Part shown: positions 38,006 through 49,310 of the stretch, piece by piece
Position numbering within the stretch: the first letter of the stretch is position 1
How the letters are laid out: the number at the start of each line of letters is the position of its first letter
DNA from: Epiperipatus broadwayi
Taxonomy: Eukaryota; Animalia; Onychophora
Length of the DNA: 64,000 bases
Reading direction: 5' to 3'
Assembly (NCBI GenBank): GCA_028023455.1
Contig: JAQFVV010000003.1
Span: 1,240,001-1,304,000 of the forward strand
Position numbers and translations under genes: made by a program
Notes under the pieces: model-generated
The model's database searches: none
What the model was told of the DNA's origin: nothing
Seen by the model: the letters and a program-made list of their open reading frames with translations, nothing else

Positions 38006-39640
38006 CAGCGTTTTCCAACCTTTTTTGGCTCACGTACCACTTGGTAGTACATCACGCTAAATTGTACCACTTCATAAAAATGATTGTATTTCGGGAAATT
38101 TGTTATTGCGAGTATGTTATTTTATTTGCATTATAAATATTATAGGGTGACCATGTATGTATTCATATCTCATAATGAGACAAATTACATTGAAACATGC
38201 CTAAACATCATGCCAGATTATAAACTCACTGAAATTATAAACTCACTGTAACATATTTATATGTATGTGTTTGTTCAAAGTTTCATATTTTTTCCAAAAT
38301 AATTTATTAAAGATTACATTATTACATTAAAGGTTATTTGGTACATATTTTGTTCAATGTGTTTTTCTCATTCCTTCATTTGGTTTTCCCGAATTTGAGT
38401 CTGTTTTCTTTTATTTTTTGGAGCATCTTGCTATTGGTTGGGCCATGGAGAGGATAAATCCAGCATGTCCCAAGTTATGCTAAAAATAACCTCAGGGGTT
38501 ATCAGGCTATCTCTTGTTCTTGTTTTCTTTATATTGTTCAGTATGAAGTTAATAGAATTAAAATTTTGATGATTAAATACTAGCTTACATCTAGTAATCC
38601 ACAATAGATGATCAAAAATTAATGAGAGTCTAATTTCTGGGTATGATCCTTTTCTGATACATTCTTTCAAATTAAATAATTTAGATTGATTTGCCTTGAT
38701 CCGACTCATTATTTATCTACTATTTTGTCATATTTCGTTTACTAATAAATGGTTTTAATAAAAACACAAAATTATAAAAACCAATTAGTATATTTTCTTA
38801 TCATAATCAAATATTTTTATAAAATAAATTTAATGAGATCTTTGTGCTTGTTTCGAACAACATAATTTTTTGAAATTTGGTTCAAAAGATGCGAGGTATA
38901 CCCTTAAGTCTACAGCTGCATTCAATCTATTTCGATACTTATTTTTTTAAAAAATATATGAAGAAAAAGCTCTTCCTACTAATTCCATAATAGTAAATGG
39001 TAATAATAATTTAAGAGCTTTCTCCGAAAGTTGTTCATATATCTTTAATGTTTAACCAAAAATTAATTAGATTGTGTCGTTTGAATTCTACTTATAAAGT
39101 TCTGTCACATGATAATTCTATTAAATTTTCTTTATCCTTTATTGATAATGATGTAGCTTTTTCCAAATTTTCTGCATAGAAGGGGTTTGAAATCCAATTA
39201 TCATTTGTGTTTTCGGGTTTTGGAAAATATTCCATGAAAGACAATTTTAATCCTGTTAAATGTGCTATTATATTTTCTCGTATATTTTGAGACAGACTAA
39301 CCTTATTTTCAAACAAAAAAATATGTAGAGTTTCGAATACTTCCAGTTGATTGTTTTTGATACTTATATATATTACTGTTTCCAAAATTCTAATTTCTTA
39401 ATCATACTTTCAATTTTATCATTAACATTAAAGATCATTATCGACTGTACATATTAACAACTTTACTGTATAATATTATTAATTAAAATAATTTTTATGA
39501 ATTATAGGAAAAAACGTTTCTATATTTTTATGATTTCATTTTTTTTTTTATGTCCGCCATTATTGATTATTTTTCGTGTACCACCAACCAGCAACTCGCA
39601 TACCACCAGTGGTACATGTACCACAGGTTGGGAAACACTG
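38006..39640 (-). mobile_element. Non-autonomous hAT (Buster-type) deletion derivative, 1635 bp
   Basis: TIRs CAGCGTTTTCCAACCT / AGGTTGGGAAACACTG; perfect 8-bp TSD TCTTAGAG (37998-38005, 39641-39648). Minus-strand transposase C-terminus at 39385-38829 (WISNPF, LIELSCD, DLRVYLASFEPNFKKLC.SKQAQRSH*). Confidence 0.93.
38431..38700 (-). pseudogene. C-terminal ORF2 fragment of a third Tx1-like family, inside the hAT element
   Basis: IRLSLIFDHLLWITRCKLVFN...TRTRDSLIT...ITWD aligns with IRMCTFLLHALWCTRCNFIY...HERDMKIT...TWN (LINE A) and the equivalent in LINE B. Confidence 0.75.
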
Positions 39641-40698
39641 TCTTAGAGGATGAAAAAAATAAGGTTATAAGTATAACTATAAAATAATCTCGAAGAAGAG
39701 ATTACTTATGAGTGTAGTCTCCCATGATATGTAGCTATCATTTTTAATGCCAGTCATTTCATAATGTTAAAACAAGGGGATATGACAATTGTCACACATT
39801 TAATGAACTTTAAAACAATTTTGTATTTTTATTATTATTAAAAAACACCAATGACCACAAAATATTGATTAGACATATGCATCTTATATGTAATACAATT
39901 CTATTAAAATTTAAAGAATATAATATAAAATGATGCTATATTACAAAATAATTTGTGAACCAAACATTTTGAAAGCCACAAATCAAAATATTAATCATGG
40001 CAAAGCTAGATCATGAACTCTTGGAATCATAGCTATGAAATGGGTCTGACAAATTTAATTATCTGCCATATTAATTTTTGCAAACAGTAAAGATGTGATA
40101 GAAGTTAAATATCAATTAAATAGTTTAATATCAGATTTCTTGATCAAGATTTATTGATAAATGAGTTTTTGATTATTCCTTGATTAATGTTTAACCATAT
40201 TGGAAAAGACAACCTTATAGAAATATGACCATAGCAATGAGTCCATTTACCAATATTAATATAAGATAATCAGTTATTATATTTGCATGGTGATTGGCTC
40301 TATCCTAAGGCAACTGATGAAACTTGATCTTCAAATATACACATACTATTAAAGTGGTTTGCTAATTTTTTTATATGTAGATATTTCATGCATGGTACTG
40401 ACATCTCTTGAGATTTGTTTACATATTTTCTGAGTACATCAATCTATTAGTTAATATTAGCATAAATTGTTTGACATTTTCCATTGATAAACAATAATGA
40501 ATTGTGCAGCTTAGGCATTAGTTTATATTTGGGATAATTTAAATTAATCAAAGACCCATATTGTATGTGTATATTGTATATTTAATGTTTTCACAGTTAT
40601 ATGATGTAAATAAAATAGCTTTGGATTAAACCGTGTGTTAGTTTTGATTAATTCCCAATGTTTCAATGAAATAGCATCCAATGTTGTCATATATATAT

Positions 40699-42878
40699 TG
40701 TAACCGGACCCTTACTCATCCGTTCATATAGGGATTGAGAGCTCCGAAACAAACATGATATAGCGTAAAGCTTTATTTATTTTCTTACATCGATAGTTGT
40801 TCATTATCAATACAAGGGGGCGCCAGATACGATGATTTAATTTATAATTTAATTTCTCGCATCACCTTACGTCATATCAAAAACGATTTCGAAGTCTAAT
40901 CCCCGCCCATAAGCTCAAACTCCCAGCATGGACCAATAAGGGTCACTCAGGGTCGCGATGAAATTGTTTCAAGAATATCATTTTGGTAAAAGAACACAAT
41001 AGTAACCAATGGAGAGAAAGTTTGGTTGATTTATAGATCGGTCCAAATATTGGATCGGGTCATTGGCTATTTGGCGACTAATACGAATGCTTGACTTATA
41101 TATCCTTATATAAAAATTAGAAGCTTATAATATCATCCCCCCGTTATCATACAGTCCAACAGAATTACTCCTATTAGCTTTATTGACATTATTTATACTT
41201 ATTAATAATAGACCCTCCCAACTCTTAAGTCTATCTTAACTACATAATAAATAAACATCGTGACTTACGGCACGATGGAACTTAAATAAATAAACAAAAC
41301 AAAAAAAATAAGAAAGATAAATTTTAAAAGTAAAATATTTAACTTCATGAATAAATGCTGATTATACTATTAAAATATATTTTAATTATAGAGAATGATT
41401 TGAGGAATGCTCGACTTGTTTAAATAAAAAAAAGAAACTTTATTAAATATAACAAAATGAAACATTAGTTGATTGCTTTAATTGCACGCACATACACGCA
41501 TTCTCACACTCACACAGAAAAGAACATATTATGTATAATAAACATGGATGATATAATATAAATGTGTGCTATAATTTAGTTGCGAAAGAGAACACTAATT
41601 ATGATTAAAGTCCATAACAGGAAAAGTCCTAAGATTTAAATATGAGAAACTATATAGCATTTGATTTTTATTTGCGAAAGTTGAGGTTAAAATATTAAGA
41701 TTCAAATATGAGGGATTACGGATCATTTTATATTTTGATTTACGAAAGTTGAATTTAATTAGTTATGAGATTGCCTTTTAAAGTTTACGAAAAGAATGAA
41801 TGGGAGCATAAAAGAAATAAATTGTTTACCTAGGATTTTGCGTAGTCTTCTGCTGCTTCTAACTTGGTGAGGGTTCGAACCTGTTGGATACTGTTTCCAT
41901 AATAAATGGTTATTCATTTTATATAAGTTCAGCATAGTATGTTTGGATGATTCTTATATGTTAAACGGAGCAACGTTCTTGAACTGATTGGAATACGATG
42001 TTTGGATGGCAATGTTGTTGATCATTCATAGCTGTGGAGATGTTCTGGCGGCGGAGCGTCGATCAATCACTGAGGGGTTTCTTAGCCCATCATGACGATC
42101 GACGCTCTAAAGGTTAATTTCACAGTTGTCATATTGGATAGGCTGGATAGCAAAAAAAAGAAAGTTCTAGTTGTAGCTTCCGGGAGAATTTAAAAAATTA
42201 TAAGCGTAAGCAAAAACAAAACAAAGCATGTAAAAACTGTAACCGAGCGTATAGACAAAGACTAAGACTCATATTTATCTGGGTTGGTTCTTATCTTAGG
42301 ATCCAATCTCCACCCAGAGTTCAATATTCTCTGAGTTGTCGTTGGGGTCCGTGTCCTACGTAATGTTCATTCAATCCATAGGCTTGAGGCAATCTTAGGT
42401 TTAGGCAATCTCATATTGCAATCTCATTTTAAGAAATTTATACTTATTCACACCTTTGATGAATACGTGTGTGCGTGTTTTGAGAGAACAATATAATCTT
42501 ACATTAGTTTAAAAGTCGAGCATTTAATCTCAAAATCATCTCTATAAGCTTTTAACTTTCGCTATATTTATAATTTAAAATAAAACCCCTTTTTAATTAC
42601 CCCCGCGGCATATACAAGTAGAATTTACTTATTAAAAAAATGGCATATTAGTAATATTTTATATTTTTATTTTTTAGAGGATATTATTATTATAGATTAA
42701 TGAAAGCCTTAAATTATTTAATCATAAATATTAACCTTTTATTTTATAGTGTACTTTATAAAGCATTGAAAATAAAACTACATTTATTTTTATCATAAAC
42801 TGAAAGTAAATAAAATACAGAGTATTTACACTGCTTGTGTGTGTGCGTATATACATATACCGACTTTGTCTCGGTATA
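40699..42878. mobile_element. Unclassified ~2.2-kb repeat (possible solo LTR or non-autonomous element) flanked by (TA)n
   Basis: Begins TGTAACCGG after (AT)n and ends CGGTATA before (AT)n. It is more CpG-rich than the flanks, has no long ORF, and has internal inverted homologies. Confidence 0.4.
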
Positions 42879-42920
42879 ATATATATATATATAATTAATA
42901 ATATAATGATTTTATATGTA

Positions 42921-43563
42921 TGTAATATTGTGGAAGGAAATTAGCCTTCACACATGGGTTATATAATTGTTACATACTATTAATAAACATTTTAAAAGCA
43001 TTGATGGTCCACCTATAAAGCAACTTTTATTGACTGTGTCTAAATTAGGACTTGAACCTACTATGAATCTGATTTTTAAATTGGAAAATTACTTACACAA
43101 GTGATAATTTTTTTCTTCCCTCTGATATTTAAATTGAATTTGAATAAATAATTTACCAATTTAAAAATCAGATCCATAATAGATTTGAGACAAAATTTAA
43201 ACATTGTCAATAAAAGTTGATTTTTGTTTGTTGATGGAGGAGTTGGTATCAATTTTGTAATACATATGTGAAGAATAGTTTTCTTCCATAATGGGACATA
43301 TAGTGTCACATGCAATTAAAGATGAGAAACTTTATCTTCTCTGTGATATATAAATTGAACTTGTGCAAGTAATTTACCTATTTAAAAATCAGGCTCATAA
43401 TAAGTTCAAGCCTAATTTAGGCAAAATCAATAAAAGTTGGTTATTTAAAGAATAAGATCTAAGCATTGGTGGACCACTTATACTTTTAGCCATTTATTGA
43501 TGGAGAAGTGCATGTCAATTCTGTAGCACATGTGTAAAAATAGTTTATTTTCACAATATTACA
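42921..43563. repeat. Inverted repeat pair with B-box-like motifs (head-to-head SINE-like units or a TGT-ended foldback)
   Basis: Outer ends TGTAATATTGTG / CACAATATTACA; arms about 42921-43105 and 43355-43563. GGTTCAAGTCC (minus strand) and AGTTCAAGCC (plus strand). Confidence 0.6.
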
Positions 43564-43929
43564 CACACATATATATATATATGTTGAAATTATATTTTTC
43601 ATGGAATGTTAGTTTGATAAAAATGAAAAGAGATTATATCTATATGATGCCAGGAAACTATCAATTACTACTAATTGACAATCCTCTTAAGGCTAAATAA
43701 GTTTTTTCCATTAACCTATAATAGTTCTTTGTAATTAAAGTAAATATTTTCCCTAAGTACAGATGGAAATAATCAGGTAATAGAGTAACTATAACTAAAT
43801 AATATTTGATTACTATCATTGATAGTGTGTGATTACTTTCTACTCACTTAATATAATCTAATATGTAATAATCAGTAAAGCAAGTCATATATAACATGAC
43901 ATTACTTTTATTATATTAATTAAATATGT

Positions 43930-44170
43930 ATATGTGACAAATCAAAATGAAGACTTTTGGCTTGCATTTGTGTTTGTATATCATTAGACAATAGCACTAG
44001 AGATATTTCAAAGCTTAAAGATAAATTTAACCTATCATCAAAGTAACCGTTAATTGTAACTGCCAATAAAAATTTGTCAAATGATTTATTGCTCACCATG
44101 ATCGTTGAACCTTGAACTTCATAATCTTTCACTCTTCCACTGCACTAAACAATGCAGTGGTTGCTTTAAA
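43930..44170 (-). mobile_element. Possible decayed LINE RT C-terminal fragment
   Basis: VQGSTIMVSNKS.DKFL..YFDDRLNL resembles LNG..I......KFLGV.FD.KL.F. Confidence 0.3.
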
Positions 44171-44380
44171 TATTTTGTAAAAAAGTCATAGTGCAGTTTC
44201 ACATTTTTAAGAAGAAATTTTAATAAAATTTAAAATAATATTAGCCATGTATAATTTAATAATGTTTAGTAAAAAAAAAGACGATTAAATAATAATACAT
44301 TGCTGTATAATTTTTAAATTTAATATTAATCGTTTTAATATAGTAATGCAATTTTTTCATTATTAACCTTTTTTTAATAG

Positions 44381-44432
44381 GATGGGACAGAAAGAGAAGT
44401 TTCTAGATTACACAAAGAACAGTATTTTGGAG
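44381..44432 (+). CDS. Pka-R2: Next exon of the PKA type II regulatory subunit (CNB-B, up to FGE of the phosphate-binding cassette)
   Basis: TTTTTTTAATAG acceptor; reads DGTEREVSRLHKEQYFG-(E); GTAAG donor, phase 1. Continues in frame from exon 18686-18751 and matches RII E.EI..L.KGQYFGELAL. Confidence 0.88.
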
Positions 44433-46520
44433 GTAAGTTTCTGCTCAAAGTATATCTAAATCATATTAGGTATATTTCTATTTATGTAACATTAATAACT
44501 GACAGTAAAGAAAACAATACTGTTTTGCTAATTTATAACATAGATAGTTCAGGAAAACTCCTGATATTTATAGTATTTAGTGAAAGCTTTTGAGAGTAGA
44601 GTTAATGCAAAATTGATTGAAATAAAAACAGTGATCTTGGCATGTAGAATTAATTTCTATTTTACTCTATAGATTGTACTTTGTTATATGACATTTTAGG
44701 AACTTATATTATTAAGTTGTATGTATATTGTAACAAAATATTGGGTATCTTAATTTTTCTAATTCCATGTTGGAAAGCCAAATTTACTTAATGGAATTTG
44801 TGGGCATGGGTTTATCAGTGTATATAATCGTGACTATGCTTGCAAATATGTATGTTATTTTTTCCAACCTAAACAAAAAGAGTTATCTGAAAATGTCCTT
44901 ACAATGCATAGTCCAAATAAAATTAAAGATGTTTACATGTTTAATATATCTAAATAAGATGTCCATTCTAGATTTTTCTATACTGATAATGATTGGTTAA
45001 AAACCACTATAGCAGCATGCACTCAAATTTTTCTCTCTCTTATAGATGACTCATCAAATCATTTCATGGCAATGAACAAGAGAATCTCCCCTTTAAAAAA
45101 AAAAAAAAGATTAAATAACGGATGAGACATGAATTATATTTTAAAAAAAGAAATAGCAACAATTTGTTATCTTCTTTATACAAATAAAATTGATAAAAGA
45201 ATTTAAAATAAATAAACTCAATACACTTGAATAACTTCATATCTTTAATTTCAGAATGAAAGATTGATATTTTTTTGTAACGAATCACACTATTCAAATA
45301 AAAAAAATATTTAAATAATTTGATACTGTGTGTGTATAGTGGAAATTATACAAAAGAGATAACTCATCTTTTGTTTATTATATAAGATAAATCTTATAAT
45401 TTCCCACCATGAGTGTTAGGACAATCGATCAGACAATATGTAAATCCTTAACCATATATATGGTAACAGGACTGGGATTAAACCCTGTTTCAAAAAAGGC
45501 AATTTTGGTACTCATGCATATGCATATAGGTTTATTATTAATTGTGTATATTTCATATTTGATTTACACGTGTATATATTGAATATATATGTTAGTTACT
45601 ATAAATTTTATTATTCTATTTTTAATATTTTTTTTAGAAATGTGTTTTTTTTTTTTGTAGTCTACTATGATTTCTTCTCATGTCAGCAGGCTCTCTTTTC
45701 CTAGTATTTCTGCATTCTTTTTTCAAGCAGTCTCTTATTTTAATAATTTATATTAGTGATTTATTAGACTAGATATTATCCAATAATGAATAGTATTTCT
45801 GTAGTGCAACTTTCACCACACCATTCCCAAACATAGTAGGGACTGGTTCTATTCACTTTTAACACCTTTTGGAGGAGTGTAATCATAAACAGATCTATGA
45901 ACCCTAAGATATACATTTCATGTTGAAAACAGTATTCATTAGTTGGCTCATACTACAATCTCTTACACATATCTATATTATTGTTCAGTATATATAAATA
46001 GCAAATCACTACAGTTTTTTGATGTGTTAAATGTGCTGCACTCACATATTTGACACAAATTACTTAATGAAAGTATAATAATAATAATTTTTATTAGTCA
46101 TATTTTTTGTATTTTTTTTTTTTTTGCATTGTACTGAATTTATATAGATGCATATCAAAGTAGAGCATATGTGATATAGAATGTCTCAGATCTGTAAATT
46201 ATTCTTGAATTTTTTAAAAAAAAAAAATTCTTATTTATTGTTATAACTGTTGCAAGTAACTATCTATAAAAATGCATTATATATAGTATATATTAATTCT
46301 TTATAATCAAATATTTTTTTCCAGTTTAAATGAGATCTTTATTGCTTACTGATCATTCTAACTGTCTTTTTGCCTCTGTAAAGTGAAAGTTTTTATTCAT
46401 TTGTTTTCATTCAGAAGTTCCAAAAAATTGTCTGATGAGGGATTCACATGCACTCCAAATTGTTTTAAATATTTTGTATGTTTTATAAATATTTATTCCT
46501 CTTCCTTAATTTTGCTTCTT

Positions 46521-47208
46521 CATATACAACAATATATCTTTTAAAATAATTACAATCTTCTTACACTTTCTAAGCAAAAATATTTATTATTATAATTACA
46601 GTTTTGTGTACCTCGCAATCTTCTTCAGATCTACAAAAATTTAAATATTATAATAACCATATACATCAATAAATTAACAAACATTTTATACACTTTTAAA
46701 CACTATACATCATTTATTACATATATTACTAAATTACTCAATCCTTAAATGCTTTAATATTTTTAAATTAATTTTTAATTCTTTAATATTTTACATTCCT
46801 TTTTTTATACATTTTAAGAAATATAATATGATAAATAATGTAAGATTTATGTATTTTTAAAAAAAAAATTATAGGGAGGATGTATTAGGGTGTATAAAAA
46901 TGGGAATATAAAATATCAAAGAATTAAAAATTAATTAAAAAATATTAAAACATTTAAGGATTGAGTAATTTAATAGTATATGTAATTAATAAATGATGTA
47001 CAGTGTTTAAGAATGTTATTATATGTATAAATTGTTTGTTAATTTAAAGATGTATATATAAGTTTTGGTTATATTGTTATAATATTTAATTTTTTGTAGA
47101 TCTGAAGAAGATTGCAAGGAACAGTCGAAACTAATTATGATAATAAATATTTTTGCTGAAAAGGTGTAAGAAGATTGTAATTATTTTAAAAGATATATTG
47201 TTTGTATG
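46521..47208. repeat. Inverted pair of Penelope-type pLTRs carrying a canonical minimal hammerhead core
   Basis: Arms 46521-46811 and 46891-47208 are reverse complements. Core CTGAAGA-A-GATTG caaggaa CAGTC-GAAAC at 47102-47131, with a decayed mirror copy at about 46600-46635. Related direct-repeat segments at about 46340-46430 and 47290-47380. Confidence 0.7.
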
Positions 47209-48817
47209 TTTTAAGAGAGTAGAATTTTAGAATTTTTCTTTACTCAAAAGATTGCATAAAACTTGTTTTAAATATGTTTTTTTTTAACTCACTGACCATC
47301 ACAACTCTCTTTTTGTCTTTGTAAAGTGAACATTTTTGCTTCATTTATTTTTTACTCCTAAGCTCCAAGAAATTTGACACCAAATTATGTGAAATTTCAT
47401 TCACCCACTGATCTTTATTTCTGAAAGTAATTATTCTGCTTACTAACGAAAACTGTGTGTGTAATTATGTTTTATTAAATATAATAAATAATTATTTTAA
47501 ATTTTAATTCAAGTTTTAAACAAATTGTTAAATTGATACAAACTACAAAATGAAATATATATTTCTTGTATGAATATTGCTTAAACCATTGTAATTTTTT
47601 GATATATTTGGTGTCAAAATGTGTAAAATTTTATCTGCTCATTGCTATTTATTTTTTAAATTAATTATTTGAACTTTTTGTCAAATTGCATGTCTAGGTG
47701 CTTACTAACAAAAACTGTGCTTGTAAATTATGTTTTTACTAAATATAATAAATATTTATTTTAAATTTTAATTTGAGTTTTAATCCAATTGTTAAATTGA
47801 AACAAACTACCAAACAATATATGTATATTCTTTGTATGCATATCGCTTTAAAACTACTTTTTATTTCTGTAAGTAATTATCCTAACTAAATTAAAATGTT
47901 TTTAAATTGAAAAAAAATTAATGCTCTCTCATGATCATTATTTAAAACAAATGAAAGTTGTAAGAATAATTGTTAACTATGCGATACGTGAAGTTATTGA
48001 ATATTTTTCATATTTTTCCTGCCCTCTGTTCCATATCAAATGGATTAGGGTGGTATAACTTAATTAAATATCAATTTAAAATTTTTTAAATGTCAATTTT
48101 AAAATTTCGTTGTTACTTGAAAAAGATCAAAAGTTAACAAACAAACAGATTTCCCAAAATCAATAAAAGCATTTAAAAAGAAGTTCAATGTAAAATGATA
48201 ATTATATATGTCTTCTGTTCATTACTAGCAAAGGTTATATTGTATTATAATTATGTTTTATAATATTGTCAGCACATTTCTCCAGCTAAGATTATATGAA
48301 TATTCATTTGTCAACCAATATTAGGCATTTAAATGAGCTACCTGAAAAAAAATCCTGAACTTTTCAAACAAAAATTTTAGCTACTTATCATGAATTTAAA
48401 CTCAAAAGTCATGGCAGATGAAAGCTCTCATGAGATTCTTTATATTGATTAAATATTTTATTATAAAGAATGACAAATATATGTTAGTTTAAAATGAATA
48501 TGAAGACTGTATTTGAATGTAATAAAATATACATCAGGCATGATGTATTCAATATATAATCAATAAAATATAAATCTTTATTATATTATAATAACAACTT
48601 ATATATATATATTGTAAGGGGGGGCCGGGGGGAAACTTATCTTCCCCTCCCTTCGGGGGGCGCCCTCTAGGCGTTTGACCTAGAAAAATTTTATAAAGGG
48701 GGAGTTATAGAAAAAAAAATTTTTTTTTTTTTGCCGCCCGTGGGGAAGGATTAAATAATAAAAAAAAAAAAAATAATAAATTTTATATAAAGGGGAGGAA
48801 AAAGGAAAAGGGAAAGG

Positions 48818-48862
<45 letters not shown>

Positions 48863-49267
48863 AAAAAATATATATATATAAGCCTTTTTTGATAATTCTA
48901 AATTTTTTACCCTTTTCAATATAATATCTTCTACTAATACTAACATGTATATTACGCACATAGTGACATTTTATTTATATATTTTCCTTTATATTACTTT
49001 TCATTTCTTATCCATTACCCAATCATTCATTAAATCAGTTGACTTTTTGTAAATATTCATACATGTATTTATATTATATTTTATGTAATTTGTTTCATAT
49101 ATTTTCCTTCTATTTATTTTTTTATATAATTTAATGGTCTTATGTTTTTAATACAATCTATAATGTATTTTCATGACAACAATTTCAATTGTCTATGAAG
49201 ATGCTTTTATTCTACATATATATTCAAAAAGGAACATACATAAAAAGTGGATATAAATTCTTTCATA

Positions 49268-49310
49268 TGTCATAGCATCGGCTGGGATGCGAACCCACAC
49301 CCGTCTGCAA
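49268..49310 (-). mobile_element. Truncated copy of the tRNA-derived SINE
   Basis: TGTCATAGCATCGGCTGGGATGCGAACCC matches the 3' part of the 52462-52567 element. Confidence 0.7.

Noticed and set aside
40725-40755. GATTGAGAGCTCCGAAAC as a hammerhead
   Set aside because: The core lacks CUGANGA or AUGANUA, and stems I and III cannot be formed.
46432-46470. CTGATGAG-GGA...TCC-AAAT as a further hammerhead
   Set aside because: No G12, no convincing stem I or III, and the related repeat at 47290-47400 lacks the motif.
48612-48880. G/C-run and A-run rich island (similar patches near 52945-52985 and 56320-56420)
   Set aside because: The homopolymer-dominated pattern looks like low-quality consensus or gap-fill; there is no interpretable structure, and ORF 48680-48961 is a poly-F artefact.
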